Notes: generated by a model not told the origin, from the sequence alone. A stretch of DNA of 64,000 nucleotides from Escherichia coli (GCF_050320075.1 NZ_CP190018.1), one strand, 5' to 3'. Shown: positions 23,445 through 34,816, counted from the stretch's first letter. Translations and numbers: made by a program.

Positions 23445-25340
23445 TTACCAACCACCACCGCCTCCGCCACCCGCACCGCCGCCAGCACCACCACCGGAAT
23501 AGCTTCGCCCCAACAAACTGGTATAGGCCCCGCAACTCAGGTGCGTCTGCAATGAGAATAAAACGCCACTACGGGCAATTTCCGGGGCGCTAACAGCCGC
23601 TGTGAGTGATGGGGTGATACGTTCTGCCCATTCTCTACCAAGGTTTGCCGAGACCGCCCAACCTAACAACGCGTAATCCAGTTTCCGTGTTTCCCCTTTC
23701 CGCCGCCGCCCACTGTGTGTTGCCGCCTCTTTACGCGCAAGATAGTTAACGATAGCTTCACCGTGGGCATAACGTTGCTGCCCAGTTTGGGTAAACTTTG
23801 GCAGAAAAATATACCCCATGCCAGTGAGATAACCGGTCAGGACAACAGCGCTAAAATAACCCGCTGGCATATACCAGTAAAAGAATACATCTCCGACATT
23901 GATATAGAGAGAATAGAAGGCCACACCTGAACAAATCAGTGGTAAAAACAAAGTGATGATTACACGATTAACGCAAGGCTTGTCATCATCGCGGGCAAAC
24001 AAAAGCTCAAGGGAACAAAATAAAAAAGGAAGAAGCCAGCAGATCATAATAAACATATCGCCCACCAGACTCATTCCTGCCCAGCCTACGGGACTCAGGT
24101 TACCGTAGAGAATGACCGCCAATATTGCCATTCCGCCCCATTGCAAAAACGCATCAGGTCGGTAAAACGAAGACTTTTTACGCGGCAGATAAAATTTCTG
24201 CATCCGTAAAAATGCCCTGCGTAACACTCTGTTGCGTCTCCCCGTAAGAACGACCTTATCGCCTTTACGAAATAACGCTTCCAGTAATAACTGCTCTGCG
24301 GGCAGTAATACCGCATTATTTCTGGTCGCGCCTTCATTAACACGAATCAGGATTTGCTGGTTCTTGTCATACTGATCTTCCAGATGAATTTTGCCTTTCA
24401 CAATCAGATTTACGATATCGGCACAAAAACCTTTATCGTCGTAAACCAGCTTCGCATCGAGACGTAACATGCCGGGCGTGTAATCTGGCGGAATGACATC
24501 GGTTTCAATCACATCTACCGGCGTAAATTGCGGCCTGCGCTTCCAGAGATATAACCATCCACAAACCATGAGCAGACACGGAAACCAAATTAACAACGAT
24601 GACGTGGAGGGTAAAAGAAGATGGCTGAAAATATTCGTCGTTTGTAGAGCCGGGGCATTGCTAAGTAAAGCGTGAGGCCAGCGATAGAGGACCGTGAAGT
24701 CTTCACGATAAAACGGATCGCGGGATTCAATTCTTCCGTCCTCAAGGATGCGGCCATTTCGATATGTGTCGCCCTCTTCTCCGGTAAAGAGATCAATTTC
24801 GCTAAATGGATTACCCGCAATATTAGAGATCTGGAGAGAAAATCGGGTCTTATAAATTTCAAACGGCCACTTGTTACCGGTCACGTTCCAGATTAACAGA
24901 TCAGAATCTCCCTCACGCAGGAAAGCATTTTTAACCTGATAATGAATTTGATAATGATAGTCACCTTGAGGCAAGAAACGTTGTTTATCGCCCACGACAA
25001 TACTCATTAAACCGATATGCCAGTCAAGATGCCAGGGTTCAGGAACACCATCACGGGTGACGCCAACAATATGATAGTTCAGCAGTGCAGCGTCACCATC
25101 AGGCTGCATCCATAGTCGTGGTAAATCACGATAAAATCCGTGCTTAATCTGCTGATTTCGCGCCTGAAAATGAATGTTCTCTTTGATGTCGAGCACCCCA
25201 TCCAGTTGCAGGGTGGCTTCAACATCAAAGAGCGAGATCCCTTCTTCATAAGAAGGGATCTCCGTGTTTTCTGCATAACTTAGAGATGATACAAACAGCC
25301 CTGCTATCAACAGCAAAATGCAGCGAAACTTCCCTGCCAT
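23445..25340 (-). CDS. yciQ: DUF2207-family inner membrane protein YciQ, 631 aa, with a C-terminal poly-Gly tail
   Basis: 631 aa; signal/TM segment at the N-terminus, several TM helices in the C-terminal third, ends ...SYSGGGAGGGAGGGGGGGW. Confidence 0.8.
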   Translation of the reverse strand: MAGKFRCILLLIAGLFVSSLSYAENTEIPSYEEGISLFDVEATLQLDGVLDIKENIHFQARNQQIKHGFYRDLPRLWMQPDGDAALLNYHIVGVTRDGVPEPWHLDWHIGLMSIVVGDKQRFLPQGDYHYQIHYQVKNAFLREGDSDLLIWNVTGNKWPFEIYKTRFSLQISNIAGNPFSEIDLFTGEEGDTYRNGRILEDGRIESRDPFYREDFTVLYRWPHALLSNAPALQTTNIFSHLLLPSTSSLLIWFPCLLMVCGWLYLWKRRPQFTPVDVIETDVIPPDYTPGMLRLDAKLVYDDKGFCADIVNLIVKGKIHLEDQYDKNQQILIRVNEGATRNNAVLLPAEQLLLEALFRKGDKVVLTGRRNRVLRRAFLRMQKFYLPRKKSSFYRPDAFLQWGGMAILAVILYGNLSPVGWAGMSLVGDMFIMICWLLPFLFCSLELLFARDDDKPCVNRVIITLFLPLICSGVAFYSLYINVGDVFFYWYMPAGYFSAVVLTGYLTGMGYIFLPKFTQTGQQRYAHGEAIVNYLARKEAATHSGRRRKGETRKLDYALLGWAVSANLGREWAERITPSLTAAVSAPEIARSGVLFSLQTHLSCGAYTSLLGRSYSGGGAGGGAGGGGGGGW

Positions 25341-25367
25341 AGTCTTCCATCCGTGGAACGCAATTTG

Positions 25368-25988
25368 TTATAAGAAAGGCTTCACATCACCTACGCCTTC
25401 ACGCACCACGACCGGCGTATCATCAGTAAGATCAATAACCGTTGTTGGTTTCTGCCCGAGATAGCCGCCGTGAATAATCAAATCTACCTGTTTTTCCAGA
25501 CGGTCTTTAATTTCTTCCGGATCGGATTCGGTAAATTCGCTACCTGGCAGCATCAGTGATGTGGAAAGCATCGGTTCGCCCAATGCTTCAAGCAGCGCCT
25601 GCGCAATCGGGTTAGAAGGCACACGCATACCGATGGTTTTGCGTTTTTCCTGCAACAGACGGCGTGGCACCTCCTTCGTCCCTTTCAGGATGAAGGTGTA
25701 GTTGCCCGGCGTGTTGTTTTTCATTAAACGAAACGCAACGTTATCCACGAATGAATAGGTCGAGAGCTCAGAAAGATCGCGACACATCAGGGTAAAGTTG
25801 TGACCGTCCGGCAGCTGGCGAATACGACAAATACGCTCCATGGCGTTTTTATCTTCAATTTTACAGCCGAGCGCATAGCCGGAATCAGTTGGATAAACAA
25901 TCACCCCGCCTTTACGCACGATCTCCACCGCCTGGTTGATCAGACGTTGCTGCGGGTTATCAGGATGAATATAAAAAAACTGGCTCAT
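25368..25988 (-). CDS. yciO: YrdC/Sua5-family protein YciO, 206 aa
   Basis: ORF 25368..26024 trimmed to MSQFFYIHPDNPQQRLINQAVEIVRKGGVIVYPTDSGYALGC (YrdC fold signature). Confidence 0.85.
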   Translation of the reverse strand: MSQFFYIHPDNPQQRLINQAVEIVRKGGVIVYPTDSGYALGCKIEDKNAMERICRIRQLPDGHNFTLMCRDLSELSTYSFVDNVAFRLMKNNTPGNYTFILKGTKEVPRRLLQEKRKTIGMRVPSNPIAQALLEALGEPMLSTSLMLPGSEFTESDPEEIKDRLEKQVDLIIHGGYLGQKPTTVIDLTDDTPVVVREGVGDVKPFL

Positions 25989-26866
25989 AATTCCCTCTCT
26001 GTGGTGTTCTGCGGCTGTTCCCATAGCTGCCAGACGCCTTCAACGCCTGCAGGCAGCCAGAGTTTACGACCCAGTTCAATCCACGGGCACGGCTGATGAA
26101 AATCAGATCCTTGTGATGCCCATAAATGATGCTGACGCGCAAGTGTGGCCAGCTGGGTGCGTTCATTGGGCGATTGCTGGCACTGCGCGACTTCCATCGC
26201 GTCGCCGTGGTGTTCGGCAAAATGCGCAACCAATCTTTTCAGCCATTTAGCACTAAGATTGTACCGCCCAGGATGAGCTAGCACCGCCTTACCGCCAGAA
26301 TGATGAATGACATCAATAGCTTGTTCTATTGTACACCACTGTGGCGGAACGTATCCGGTTTTCCCGCGCGCCAGATATTTTTTAAAGACATCCGCCATTG
26401 AACTGGCTTTGCCGCACTCCACAAGGAAACGCGCAAAATGACCGCGCGTCACCGCACCGCCCTGCGCCAGTCGTTGCGCGCCTTCCAGCGCCCCAGGTAT
26501 TTGCGCTTTTTCAAGTCTTTCAGCAATCAGCTGCGCCCGCTGATTGCGCCGTTCTGTCTGCTGCGCGAGGAACTCACACATTAGCGGATGAGTAATATCA
26601 ATATTCAGCCCGACAATATGAATTTCATGATTTTCCCAGACCGTGGAAATTTCCACGCCGGGAATAAGATTCAGCGCCAGTCCCGAACGTGAAATTTCCT
26701 CTCTTGCTGGTGAGATTGCAGCTGTGGTGTCATGGTCGGTGATCGCCAGGGTGCCGACGCGCATCTCGACTGCACGGTGCACCAATGCTTCTGGCGTCAG
26801 GCAGCCATCGGAAGCTGTGGTATGGCTGTGCAGGTCGTAAATCACTGCGTAATTCGTGTCGCTCAA
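25985..26866 (-). CDS. trpH: PHP-domain phosphoesterase / 5'-3' exoribonuclease RNase AM (TrpH/YciV), 293 aa
   Basis: PHP motif YDLHSHTTASDG at the N-terminus; 293 aa; divergent from the trp promoter; stop overlaps the yciO start by 4 nt. Confidence 0.85.
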   Translation of the reverse strand: MSDTNYAVIYDLHSHTTASDGCLTPEALVHRAVEMRVGTLAITDHDTTAAISPAREEISRSGLALNLIPGVEISTVWENHEIHIVGLNIDITHPLMCEFLAQQTERRNQRAQLIAERLEKAQIPGALEGAQRLAQGGAVTRGHFARFLVECGKASSMADVFKKYLARGKTGYVPPQWCTIEQAIDVIHHSGGKAVLAHPGRYNLSAKWLKRLVAHFAEHHGDAMEVAQCQQSPNERTQLATLARQHHLWASQGSDFHQPCPWIELGRKLWLPAGVEGVWQLWEQPQNTTEREL

Positions 26867-26941
26867 GGCGCACTCCCGTTCTGGATAATGTTTTTTGCGC
26901 CGACATCATAACGGTTCTGGCAAATATTCTGAAATGAGCTG

Positions 26942-26978
26942 TTGACAATTAATCATCGAACTAGTTAACTAGTACGCA
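26942..26978 (+). promoter_or_regulatory. trp promoter with TrpR operator
   Basis: -35 ttgaca (26942..26947), 17-bp spacer, -10 ttaact (26965..26970); operator palindrome cgaactagttaactagtacg overlaps the -10. Confidence 0.85.
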
Positions 26979-27003
26979 AGTTCACGTAAAAAGGGTATCG
27001 ACA

Positions 27004-27048
27004 ATGAAAGCAATTTTCGTACTGAAAGGTTGGTGGCGCACTTCCTGA
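27004..27048 (+). CDS. trpL: trp operon leader peptide, 14 aa ([14 protein letters not shown])
   Basis: Hand translation; tandem Trp codons tgg tgg at codons 10-11. Confidence 0.9.
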
Positions 27049-27090
27049 AACGGGCAGTGTATTCACCATGCGTAAAGCAATCAGATACCC

Positions 27091-27118
27091 AGCCCGCCTA
27101 ATGAGCGGGCTTTTTTTT
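27091..27118 (+). terminator. trp attenuator (3:4 terminator hairpin)
   Basis: agcccgcctaatgagcgggc followed by tttttttt, located 20 nt upstream of trpE. Confidence 0.85.
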
Positions 27119-27139
27119 GAACAAAATTAGAGAATAACA

Positions 27140-28702
27140 ATGCAAACACAAAAACCGACTCTCGAACTGCTAACCTGCGAAGGCACTTATCGCGACAACC
27201 CGACTGCGCTTTTTCACCAGTTGTGTGGGAATCGTCCAGCAACGCTGCTGCTGGAATCCGCAGATATCGACAGCAAAGATGATTTAAAAAGCCTGCTGCT
27301 GATAGACAGTGCGCTGCGCATTACAGCATTAGGTGACACTGTCACAATTCAGGCACTTTCTGGCAATGGCGAAGCCCTGCTGGCACTACTGGATAACGCC
27401 CTGCCTGCGGGTGTGGAAAGTGAACAATCACCAAACTGCCGTGTGCTGCGCTTCCCCCCTGTCAGTCCACTGCTGGATGAAGACGCCCGCTTATGCTCCC
27501 TTTCTGTTTTTAACGCTTTCCGTTTATTGCAGAATCTGTTGAATGTACCGAAGGAAGAACGAGAAGCCATGTTCTTCGGCGGCCTGTTCTCTTATGACCT
27601 TGTGGCGGGATTTGAAGATTTACCGCAACTGGCAGCGGAAAATAACTGTCCTGATTTCTGCTTTTATCTCGCAGAAACGCTGATGGTGATTGACCATCAG
27701 AAAAAAAGCACCCGCATTCAGGCCAGCCTGTTTGCTCCGAATGAAGAAGAAAAACAACGTCTCACTGCTCGCCTGAACGATCTTCGCCAGCAGCTGACCG
27801 AAGCCGCGCCACCGCTGCCGGTGGTTTCCGTGCCGCATATGCGTTGTGAATGTAATCAGAGCGATGAAGAGTTCGGTGGCGTAGTGCGTTTGTTGCAAAA
27901 AGCGATTCGCGCTGGAGAAATTTTCCAGGTGGTGCCATCTCGCCGTTTCTCTCTGCCCTGCCCGTCACCGCTGGCGGCCTATTACGTGCTGAAAAAGAGT
28001 AATCCCAGCCCGTACATGTTTTTTATGCAGGATAATGATTTCACCCTGTTTGGCGCGTCGCCGGAAAGTTCGCTCAAGTATGACGCCACCAGCCGCCAGA
28101 TTGAGATCTACCCGATTGCCGGAACACGCCCGCGCGGTCGTCGCGCCGATGGCTCGCTGGACAGAGACCTCGACAGCCGCATCGAACTGGAAATGCGTAC
28201 CGATCATAAAGAGCTTTCTGAACATCTGATGCTGGTGGATCTCGCCCGTAATGATCTGGCACGCATTTGCACCCCCGGCAGCCGCTACGTCGCCGATCTC
28301 ACCAAAGTTGACCGTTACTCTTACGTGATGCACCTGGTCTCCCGCGTGGTCGGTGAGCTGCGCCACGATCTCGACGCCCTGCACGCTTACCGCGCCTGTA
28401 TGAATATGGGGACGTTAAGCGGTGCGCCGAAAGTACGCGCTATGCAGTTAATTGCCGAGGCGGAAGGTCGTCGCCGCGGCAGCTACGGCGGCGCGGTAGG
28501 TTATTTCACCGCGCATGGCGATCTCGACACCTGCATTGTGATCCGCTCGGCGCTGGTGGAAAACGGTATCGCCACCGTGCAAGCCGGTGCTGGCGTGGTA
28601 CTTGATTCTGTTCCGCAGTCGGAAGCCGACGAAACCCGTAATAAAGCCCGCGCTGTACTGCGCGCTATTGCCACCGCGCATCATGCACAGGAGACGTTCT
28701 GA
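27140..28702 (+). CDS. trpE: Anthranilate synthase component I, 520 aa
   Basis: 520 aa chorismate-binding enzyme; first gene after the attenuator. Confidence 0.95.
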   Translation: MQTQKPTLELLTCEGTYRDNPTALFHQLCGNRPATLLLESADIDSKDDLKSLLLIDSALRITALGDTVTIQALSGNGEALLALLDNALPAGVESEQSPNCRVLRFPPVSPLLDEDARLCSLSVFNAFRLLQNLLNVPKEEREAMFFGGLFSYDLVAGFEDLPQLAAENNCPDFCFYLAETLMVIDHQKKSTRIQASLFAPNEEEKQRLTARLNDLRQQLTEAAPPLPVVSVPHMRCECNQSDEEFGGVVRLLQKAIRAGEIFQVVPSRRFSLPCPSPLAAYYVLKKSNPSPYMFFMQDNDFTLFGASPESSLKYDATSRQIEIYPIAGTRPRGRRADGSLDRDLDSRIELEMRTDHKELSEHLMLVDLARNDLARICTPGSRYVADLTKVDRYSYVMHLVSRVVGELRHDLDALHAYRACMNMGTLSGAPKVRAMQLIAEAEGRRRGSYGGAVGYFTAHGDLDTCIVIRSALVENGIATVQAGAGVVLDSVPQSEADETRNKARAVLRAIATAHHAQETF

Positions 28703-30297
28703 TGGCTGACATTCTGCTGCTCGATAATATCGACTCTTTTACTTACAACCTGGCAGATCAGTTGCGCAGCAATGGTCATAACGTGGTGATTTACCGCAAC
28801 CATATTCCGGCGCAGACCTTAATTGAACGCCTGGCGACAATGAGCAATCCGGTGCTGATGCTTTCTCCTGGCCCCGGTGTGCCAAGTGAAGCCGGTTGTA
28901 TGCCGGAACTCCTCACCCGCCTGCGCGGCAAGCTGCCAATTATTGGCATTTGCCTCGGTCATCAGGCGATTGTCGAAGCTTATGGGGGGTATGTCGGTCA
29001 AGCGGGCGAAATTCTTCACGGTAAAGCCTCCAGCATTGAACATGACGGTCAGGCGATGTTTGCCGGATTAACAAACCCGCTGCCAGTGGCGCGTTATCAC
29101 TCGCTGGTTGGCAGTAACATTCCGGCCGGTTTAACCATCAACGCCCATTTTAATGGCATGGTGATGGCGGTGCGTCACGATGCAGATCGCGTTTGTGGAT
29201 TCCAGTTCCATCCGGAATCCATTCTTACTACCCAGGGCGCTCGCCTGCTGGAACAAACATTGGCCTGGGCGCAGCAGAAACTGGAACCGACTAACACGCT
29301 GCAACCGATTCTGGAAAAACTGTATCAGGCGCAGACGCTTAGCCAGCAAGAAAGCCACCAGCTGTTTTCAGCGGTGGTGCGTGGCGAGCTGAAGCCAGAA
29401 CAGCTCGCGGCGGCGCTGGTGAGCATGAAAATTCGCGGCGAGCACCCGAACGAAATCGCCGGGGCAGCAACTGCCCTTCTGGAAAATGCTGCGCCATTCC
29501 CGCGCCCGGATTATCTGTTTGCCGATATCGTCGGCACCGGTGGTGACGGCAGCAACAGTATCAATATTTCTACCGCCAGTGCGTTTGTCGCCGCGGCCTG
29601 TGGGCTGAAAGTGGCGAAACACGGCAACCGTAGTGTCTCCAGTAAATCCGGTTCGTCGGATCTGCTGGCGGCATTCGGTATTAATCTTGATATGAACGCC
29701 GATAAATCGCGCCAGGCGCTGGATGAGTTAGGCGTCTGTTTCCTCTTTGCGCCGAAATATCACACCGGATTTCGCCACGCGATGCCGGTTCGCCAGCAAC
29801 TGAAAACCCGCACCCTGTTCAACGTGCTGGGGCCACTGATTAACCCGGCGCATCCTCCGCTGGCGTTAATTGGTGTTTATAGTCCGGAACTGGTGCTACC
29901 GATTGCCGAAACCTTGCGCGTGCTGGGGTATCAACGCGCGGCAGTGGTGCACAGCGGCGGGATGGATGAAGTTTCATTACACGCGCCGACAATCGTTGCC
30001 GAACTGCATGACGGCGAAATTAAGAGCTATCAATTGACCGCTGAAGATTTTGGCCTGACCCCCTACCACCAGGAGCAACTGGCAGGTGGAACACCGGAAG
30101 AAAACCGTGACATTTTAACACGCTTGTTACAAGGTAAAGGCGACGCCGCCCATGAAGCAGCCGTCGCGGCGAATGTCGCCATGTTAATGCGCCTGCATGG
30201 CCATGAAGATCTGCAAGCCAATGCGCAAACTGTTCTTGAGGTACTGCGCAGTGGTTCCGCTTACGACAGAGTCACCGCACTGGCGGCACGAGGGTAA
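28702..30297 (+). CDS. trpD: Anthranilate synthase component II / anthranilate phosphoribosyltransferase (bifunctional TrpGD), 531 aa
   Basis: N-terminal glutamine amidotransferase (GICLGHQ) and C-terminal phosphoribosyltransferase; ATG overlaps the trpE TGA (tgATGg). Confidence 0.95.
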   Translation: MADILLLDNIDSFTYNLADQLRSNGHNVVIYRNHIPAQTLIERLATMSNPVLMLSPGPGVPSEAGCMPELLTRLRGKLPIIGICLGHQAIVEAYGGYVGQAGEILHGKASSIEHDGQAMFAGLTNPLPVARYHSLVGSNIPAGLTINAHFNGMVMAVRHDADRVCGFQFHPESILTTQGARLLEQTLAWAQQKLEPTNTLQPILEKLYQAQTLSQQESHQLFSAVVRGELKPEQLAAALVSMKIRGEHPNEIAGAATALLENAAPFPRPDYLFADIVGTGGDGSNSINISTASAFVAAACGLKVAKHGNRSVSSKSGSSDLLAAFGINLDMNADKSRQALDELGVCFLFAPKYHTGFRHAMPVRQQLKTRTLFNVLGPLINPAHPPLALIGVYSPELVLPIAETLRVLGYQRAAVVHSGGMDEVSLHAPTIVAELHDGEIKSYQLTAEDFGLTPYHQEQLAGGTPEENRDILTRLLQGKGDAAHEAAVAANVAMLMRLHGHEDLQANAQTVLEVLRSGSAYDRVTALAARG

Positions 30298-31659
30298 ATG
30301 ATGCAAACCGTTTTAGCGAAAATCGTCGCAGACAAGGCGATTTGGGTAGAAACCCGCAAACAGCAGCAACCGCTGGCCAGTTTTCAGAATGAGATTCAGC
30401 CGAGCACGCGACATTTTTATGATGCGCTACAGGGTGCACGCACGGCGTTTATTCTTGAGTGCAAGAAAGCCTCGCCGTCAAAAGGCGTGATCCGTGATGA
30501 TTTCGATCCGGCACGCATTGCCGCCATTTATAAACATTACGCTTCGGCAATTTCGGTGCTGACTGATGAGAAATATTTTCAGGGGAGCTTTGATTTCCTC
30601 CCAATCGTCAGCCAAATCGCCCCGCAGCCGATTTTATGTAAAGACTTCATTATCGACCCTTACCAGATCTATCTGGCGCGCTATTACCAGGCCGATGCCT
30701 GCTTATTAATGCTTTCAGTACTGGATGACGAACAATATCGCCACCTTGCCGCCGTCGCCCACAGTCTGGAGATGGGCGTGCTTACCGAAGTCAGTAATGA
30801 AGAGGAACTGGAGCGCGCCATTGCATTGGGGGCAAAGGTCGTTGGCATCAACAACCGCGATCTACGTGATTTGTCGATTGATCTCAACCGTACCCGCGAG
30901 CTTGCGCCGAAACTGGGGCACAACGTGACGGTAATCAGCGAATCCGGCATCAATACTTACGCTCAGGTGCGCGAGTTAAGCCACTTCGCTAACGGTTTTC
31001 TGATTGGTTCGGCGTTGATGGCCCATGACGATTTGAACGCCGCCGTGCGCCGGGTGTTGCTGGGTGAGAATAAAGTATGTGGCCTGACGCGTGGGCAAGA
31101 TGCTAGAGCCGCTTATGACGCGGGCGCGATTTACGGTGGGTTGATTTTTGTTACAACGTCACCGCGTTGCGTCAACGTTGAACAGGCGCAGGAAGTGATG
31201 GCTGCGGCACCGTTGCAGTATGTTGGCGTGTTCCGCAATCACGATATTGCCGATGTGGTGGACAAAGCTAAGGTGTTATCGCTGGCGGCAGTGCAACTGC
31301 ATGGTAATGAAGATCAGCTGTATATCGATACGCTGCGTGAAGCTCTGCCAGCACACGTTGCCATCTGGAAAGCATTAAGCGTCGGTGAAACCCTGCCCGC
31401 CCGCGAGCTTCAGCACGTTGATAAATATGTTTTAGACAACGGCCAGGGTGGAAGCGGTCAACGTTTCGACTGGTCACTGTTAAACGGTCAATCGCTTGGC
31501 AACGTTCTGCTGGCGGGGGGCTTAGGCGCAGATAACTGCGTGGAAGCGGCACAAACCGGCTGCGCCGGACTTGATTTTAATTCTGCTGTAGAGTCGCAAC
31601 CGGGCATCAAAGACGCACGTCTTTTGGCCTCGGTTTTCCAGACGCTGCGCGCATATTAA
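30298..31659 (+). CDS. trpC: Bifunctional indole-3-glycerol-phosphate synthase / phosphoribosylanthranilate isomerase, 453 aa
   Basis: 453 aa; starts directly after the trpD stop. Confidence 0.95.
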   Translation: MMQTVLAKIVADKAIWVETRKQQQPLASFQNEIQPSTRHFYDALQGARTAFILECKKASPSKGVIRDDFDPARIAAIYKHYASAISVLTDEKYFQGSFDFLPIVSQIAPQPILCKDFIIDPYQIYLARYYQADACLLMLSVLDDEQYRHLAAVAHSLEMGVLTEVSNEEELERAIALGAKVVGINNRDLRDLSIDLNRTRELAPKLGHNVTVISESGINTYAQVRELSHFANGFLIGSALMAHDDLNAAVRRVLLGENKVCGLTRGQDARAAYDAGAIYGGLIFVTTSPRCVNVEQAQEVMAAAPLQYVGVFRNHDIADVVDKAKVLSLAAVQLHGNEDQLYIDTLREALPAHVAIWKALSVGETLPARELQHVDKYVLDNGQGGSGQRFDWSLLNGQSLGNVLLAGGLGADNCVEAAQTGCAGLDFNSAVESQPGIKDARLLASVFQTLRAY

Positions 31660-31670
31660 GGAAAGGAACA

Positions 31671-32864
31671 ATGACAACATTACTTAACCCGTATTTTGGT
31701 GAGTTTGGCGGCATGTACGTGCCACAAATCCTGATGCCTGCTCTGCGCCAGCTGGAAGAAGCTTTTGTCAGCGCGCAAAAAGATCCTGAATTTCAGGCTC
31801 AGTTCAACGACCTGCTGAAAAACTATGCCGGGCGTCCAACCGCACTCACCAAATGCCAGAACATTACGGCTGGCACTAACACCACGCTGTATCTCAAGCG
31901 CGAAGATTTGCTGCACGGCGGCGCGCATAAAACCAACCAGGTGCTCGGCCAGGCTTTGCTGGCGAAGCGGATGGGTAAAACGGAAATCATCGCCGAAACC
32001 GGAGCCGGTCAGCATGGCGTGGCGTCGGCCCTTGCCAGCGCCCTGCTCGGCCTGAAATGTCGCATTTATATGGGTGCCAAAGACGTCGAGCGCCAGTCGC
32101 CTAACGTTTTTCGTATGCGCTTAATGGGTGCGGAAGTGATCCCGGTGCATAGCGGTTCCGCGACGCTGAAAGATGCCTGTAATGAGGCGCTACGCGACTG
32201 GTCCGGCAGTTATGAAACCGCGCACTATATGCTGGGCACCGCGGCTGGCCCGCATCCTTACCCGACCATTGTGCGTGAGTTTCAGCGGATGATTGGCGAA
32301 GAAACGAAAGCGCAGATTCTGGAAAGAGAAGGTCGCCTGCCGGATGCGGTTATCGCCTGTGTTGGCGGCGGTTCGAATGCCATCGGCATGTTTGCTGATT
32401 TCATCAACGAAACCGACGTCGGCCTGATTGGTGTGGAGCCTGGCGGTCACGGTATCGAAACTGGCGAGCACGGCGCACCGTTAAAACATGGTCGTGTGGG
32501 CATCTATTTCGGTATGAAAGCGCCGATGATGCAAACCGAAGACGGGCAGATTGAAGAATCTTACTCCATCTCCGCCGGACTGGATTTCCCGTCTGTCGGC
32601 CCACAACACGCGTATCTTAACAGCACTGGACGCGCTGATTACGTGTCAATTACCGATGATGAAGCACTGGAAGCCTTCAAAACGCTCTGCCTGCACGAAG
32701 GGATCATCCCGGCGCTGGAGTCCTCCCACGCCCTGGCCCATGCGCTGAAAATGATGCGCGAAACCCCGGAAAAAGAGCAGCTACTGGTGGTTAACCTTTC
32801 CGGTCGCGGCGATAAAGACATCTTCACCGTTCACGATATTTTGAAAGCTCGAGGGGAAATATGA
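31671..32864 (+). CDS. trpB: Tryptophan synthase beta chain, 397 aa
   Basis: 397 aa PLP enzyme; the PLP-lysine context HGGAHKTNQ is present. Confidence 0.95.
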   Translation: MTTLLNPYFGEFGGMYVPQILMPALRQLEEAFVSAQKDPEFQAQFNDLLKNYAGRPTALTKCQNITAGTNTTLYLKREDLLHGGAHKTNQVLGQALLAKRMGKTEIIAETGAGQHGVASALASALLGLKCRIYMGAKDVERQSPNVFRMRLMGAEVIPVHSGSATLKDACNEALRDWSGSYETAHYMLGTAAGPHPYPTIVREFQRMIGEETKAQILEREGRLPDAVIACVGGGSNAIGMFADFINETDVGLIGVEPGGHGIETGEHGAPLKHGRVGIYFGMKAPMMQTEDGQIEESYSISAGLDFPSVGPQHAYLNSTGRADYVSITDDEALEAFKTLCLHEGIIPALESSHALAHALKMMRETPEKEQLLVVNLSGRGDKDIFTVHDILKARGEI

Positions 32865-33670
32865 TGGAACGCTACGAATCTCTGTTTGCCCAGTTGAAGG
32901 AGCGCAAAGAAGGCGCATTCGTTCCTTTCGTCACGCTCGGTGATCCGGGCATTGAGCAGTCGCTGAAAATTATCGACACGCTAATTGAAGCCGGTGCTGA
33001 CGCGCTGGAGTTAGGTATCCCCTTCTCCGACCCACTGGCGGATGGCCCGACGATTCAAAACGCCACACTGCGTGCCTTTGCGGCAGGTGTGACCCCGGCA
33101 CAGTGCTTTGAGATGCTGGCACTGATTCGCCAGAAGCACCCGACCATTCCCATCGGCCTTTTGATGTATGCCAACCTGGTGTTTAACAAAGGCATTGATG
33201 AGTTTTATGCCCAGTGCGAGAAAGTCGGCGTCGATTCGGTGCTGGTTGCCGATGTGCCAGTGGAAGAGTCCGCGCCCTTCCGCCAGGCCGCGTTGCGTCA
33301 TAATGTCGCACCTATCTTTATTTGCCCGCCGAATGCCGACGATGATTTGCTGCGCCAGATAGCCTCCTACGGTCGTGGATACACCTATTTATTGTCACGT
33401 GCGGGCGTGACCGGCGCAGAAAACCGCGCCGCGTTACCCCTCAATCATCTAGTCACGAAGCTGAAAGAATACAATGCTGCGCCTCCATTGCAGGGCTTTG
33501 GTATTTCCGCCCCGGATCAGGTAAAAGCAGCGATTGATGCAGGAGTTGCGGGCGCGATTTCTGGTTCGGCCATCGTTAAAATCATCGAGCAACATATTAA
33601 TGAGCCAGAGAAAATGCTGGCGGCACTGAAAGCTTTTGTACAACCGATGAAAGCGGCGACGCGCAGCTAA
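32864..33670 (+). CDS. trpA: Tryptophan synthase alpha chain, 268 aa
   Basis: ORF trimmed to [22 protein letters not shown]; ATG overlaps the trpB TGA by 1 nt. Confidence 0.95.
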   Translation: MERYESLFAQLKERKEGAFVPFVTLGDPGIEQSLKIIDTLIEAGADALELGIPFSDPLADGPTIQNATLRAFAAGVTPAQCFEMLALIRQKHPTIPIGLLMYANLVFNKGIDEFYAQCEKVGVDSVLVADVPVEESAPFRQAALRHNVAPIFICPPNADDDLLRQIASYGRGYTYLLSRAGVTGAENRAALPLNHLVTKLKEYNAAPPLQGFGISAPDQVKAAIDAGVAGAISGSAIVKIIEQHINEPEKMLAALKAFVQPMKAATRS

Positions 33671-33676
33671 TCCCAC

Positions 33677-33704
33677 AGCCGCCAGTTCCGCTGGCGGCAT
33701 TTTA
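33677..33704 (+). terminator. trp operon terminator (trp t)
   Basis: cagccgccagttccgctggcggc hairpin followed by atttt. Confidence 0.8.
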
Positions 33705-34050
33705 ACTGTCTTTAACGAAGCTGGAAAAATCCTAAATTCATTTATTATTTATCTTTTTACCGTTTCGCTTACCCCTGTCGAACGTAAACTTACGTCTTTT
33801 TTCAGCCCAACAGTAATATAATCAAACAAATTAATCCCGCAACATAACACCAGTAAAGTCAATAATTTTCTCTAAGTCACTTATTCCTCAGGCAATTGTT
33901 AATATATCCAGAATGTTCCTCATAATATATTTTCCCTCTTTCTTCTCGTTGCGCTTAATTTGACTAATTTTCATTAGCGACTAATTTTAATGAGTGTCGA
34001 CACACAACACTCATATTAATGAAACAATGCAACGCAACGGGAGAAATAAC

Positions 34051-34230
34051 ATGGCCGAACATCGTGGTGGTTCAGGAAATTTCGCCGAAGACCGTGAAAA
34101 GGCATCCGACGCTGGCCGTAAAGGCGGTCAGCATAGCGGCGGTAATTTTAAAAATGATCCGCAACGCGCATCTGAAGCGGGTAAAAAAGGCGGTCAACAA
34201 AGCGGTGGTAATAAATCAGGCAAATCCTGA
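34051..34230 (+). CDS. yciG: KGG-repeat general stress protein YciG, 59 aa
   Basis: ORF trimmed to MAEHRGGSGNFAEDREKASDAGRKGGQHSGGNFKNDPQRASEAGKKGGQQSGGNKSGKS; repeated [RK]KGGQ motifs. Confidence 0.8.
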   Translation: MAEHRGGSGNFAEDREKASDAGRKGGQHSGGNFKNDPQRASEAGKKGGQQSGGNKSGKS

Positions 34231-34315
34231 TTCACCGTTAATTATTAATATCAGCTGATAAAGATAATTGCATCTGCGGGCCGTATGGCTCGCAGTGATT
34301 TCACTGGAGAAAAAT

Positions 34316-34816
34316 ATGAATATGAAGACCATTGAAGATGTATTTATTCACCTGCTTTCAGATACCTACAGCGCAGAAAAACAATTAACCCGGGCACTGG
34401 CAAAACTCGCAAGAGCAACATCAAACGAAAAATTAAGTCAGGCTTTTCATGCGCACCTCGAGGAAACTCATGGACAGATTGAACGTATTGATCAAGTTGT
34501 GGAATCTGAATCGAACCTGAAAATTAAGCGCATGAAATGTGTGGCAATGGAAGGTCTCATTGAAGAAGCTAATGAGGTTATCGAAAGCACCGAGAAAAAC
34601 GAAGTGCGTGATGCCGCACTGATTGCCGCAGCGCAGAAAGTCGAGCACTATGAGATCGCCAGTTACGGGACATTAGCGACGCTGGCTGAACAATTAGGTT
34701 ACCGTAAAGCAGCGAAGCTTCTGAAAGAAACTCTTGAAGAAGAAAAGGCCACCGACATCAAACTGACTGATCTGGCACTTAATAACGTAAATAAGAAAGC
34801 CGAAAATAAAGCCTGA
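34316..34816 (+). CDS. yciF: DUF892 ferritin-like stress protein YciF, 166 aa
   Basis: ORF trimmed to MNMKTIEDVFIHLLSDTYSAEKQL; paralogous to the downstream yciE. Confidence 0.85.
   Translation: MNMKTIEDVFIHLLSDTYSAEKQLTRALAKLARATSNEKLSQAFHAHLEETHGQIERIDQVVESESNLKIKRMKCVAMEGLIEEANEVIESTEKNEVRDAALIAAAQKVEHYEIASYGTLATLAEQLGYRKAAKLLKETLEEEKATDIKLTDLALNNVNKKAENKA

Noticed and set aside
27965-28384. 139-aa minus-strand ORF inside trpE
   Set aside because: Antisense to a highly conserved biosynthetic gene with no plausible promoter or RBS; spurious.
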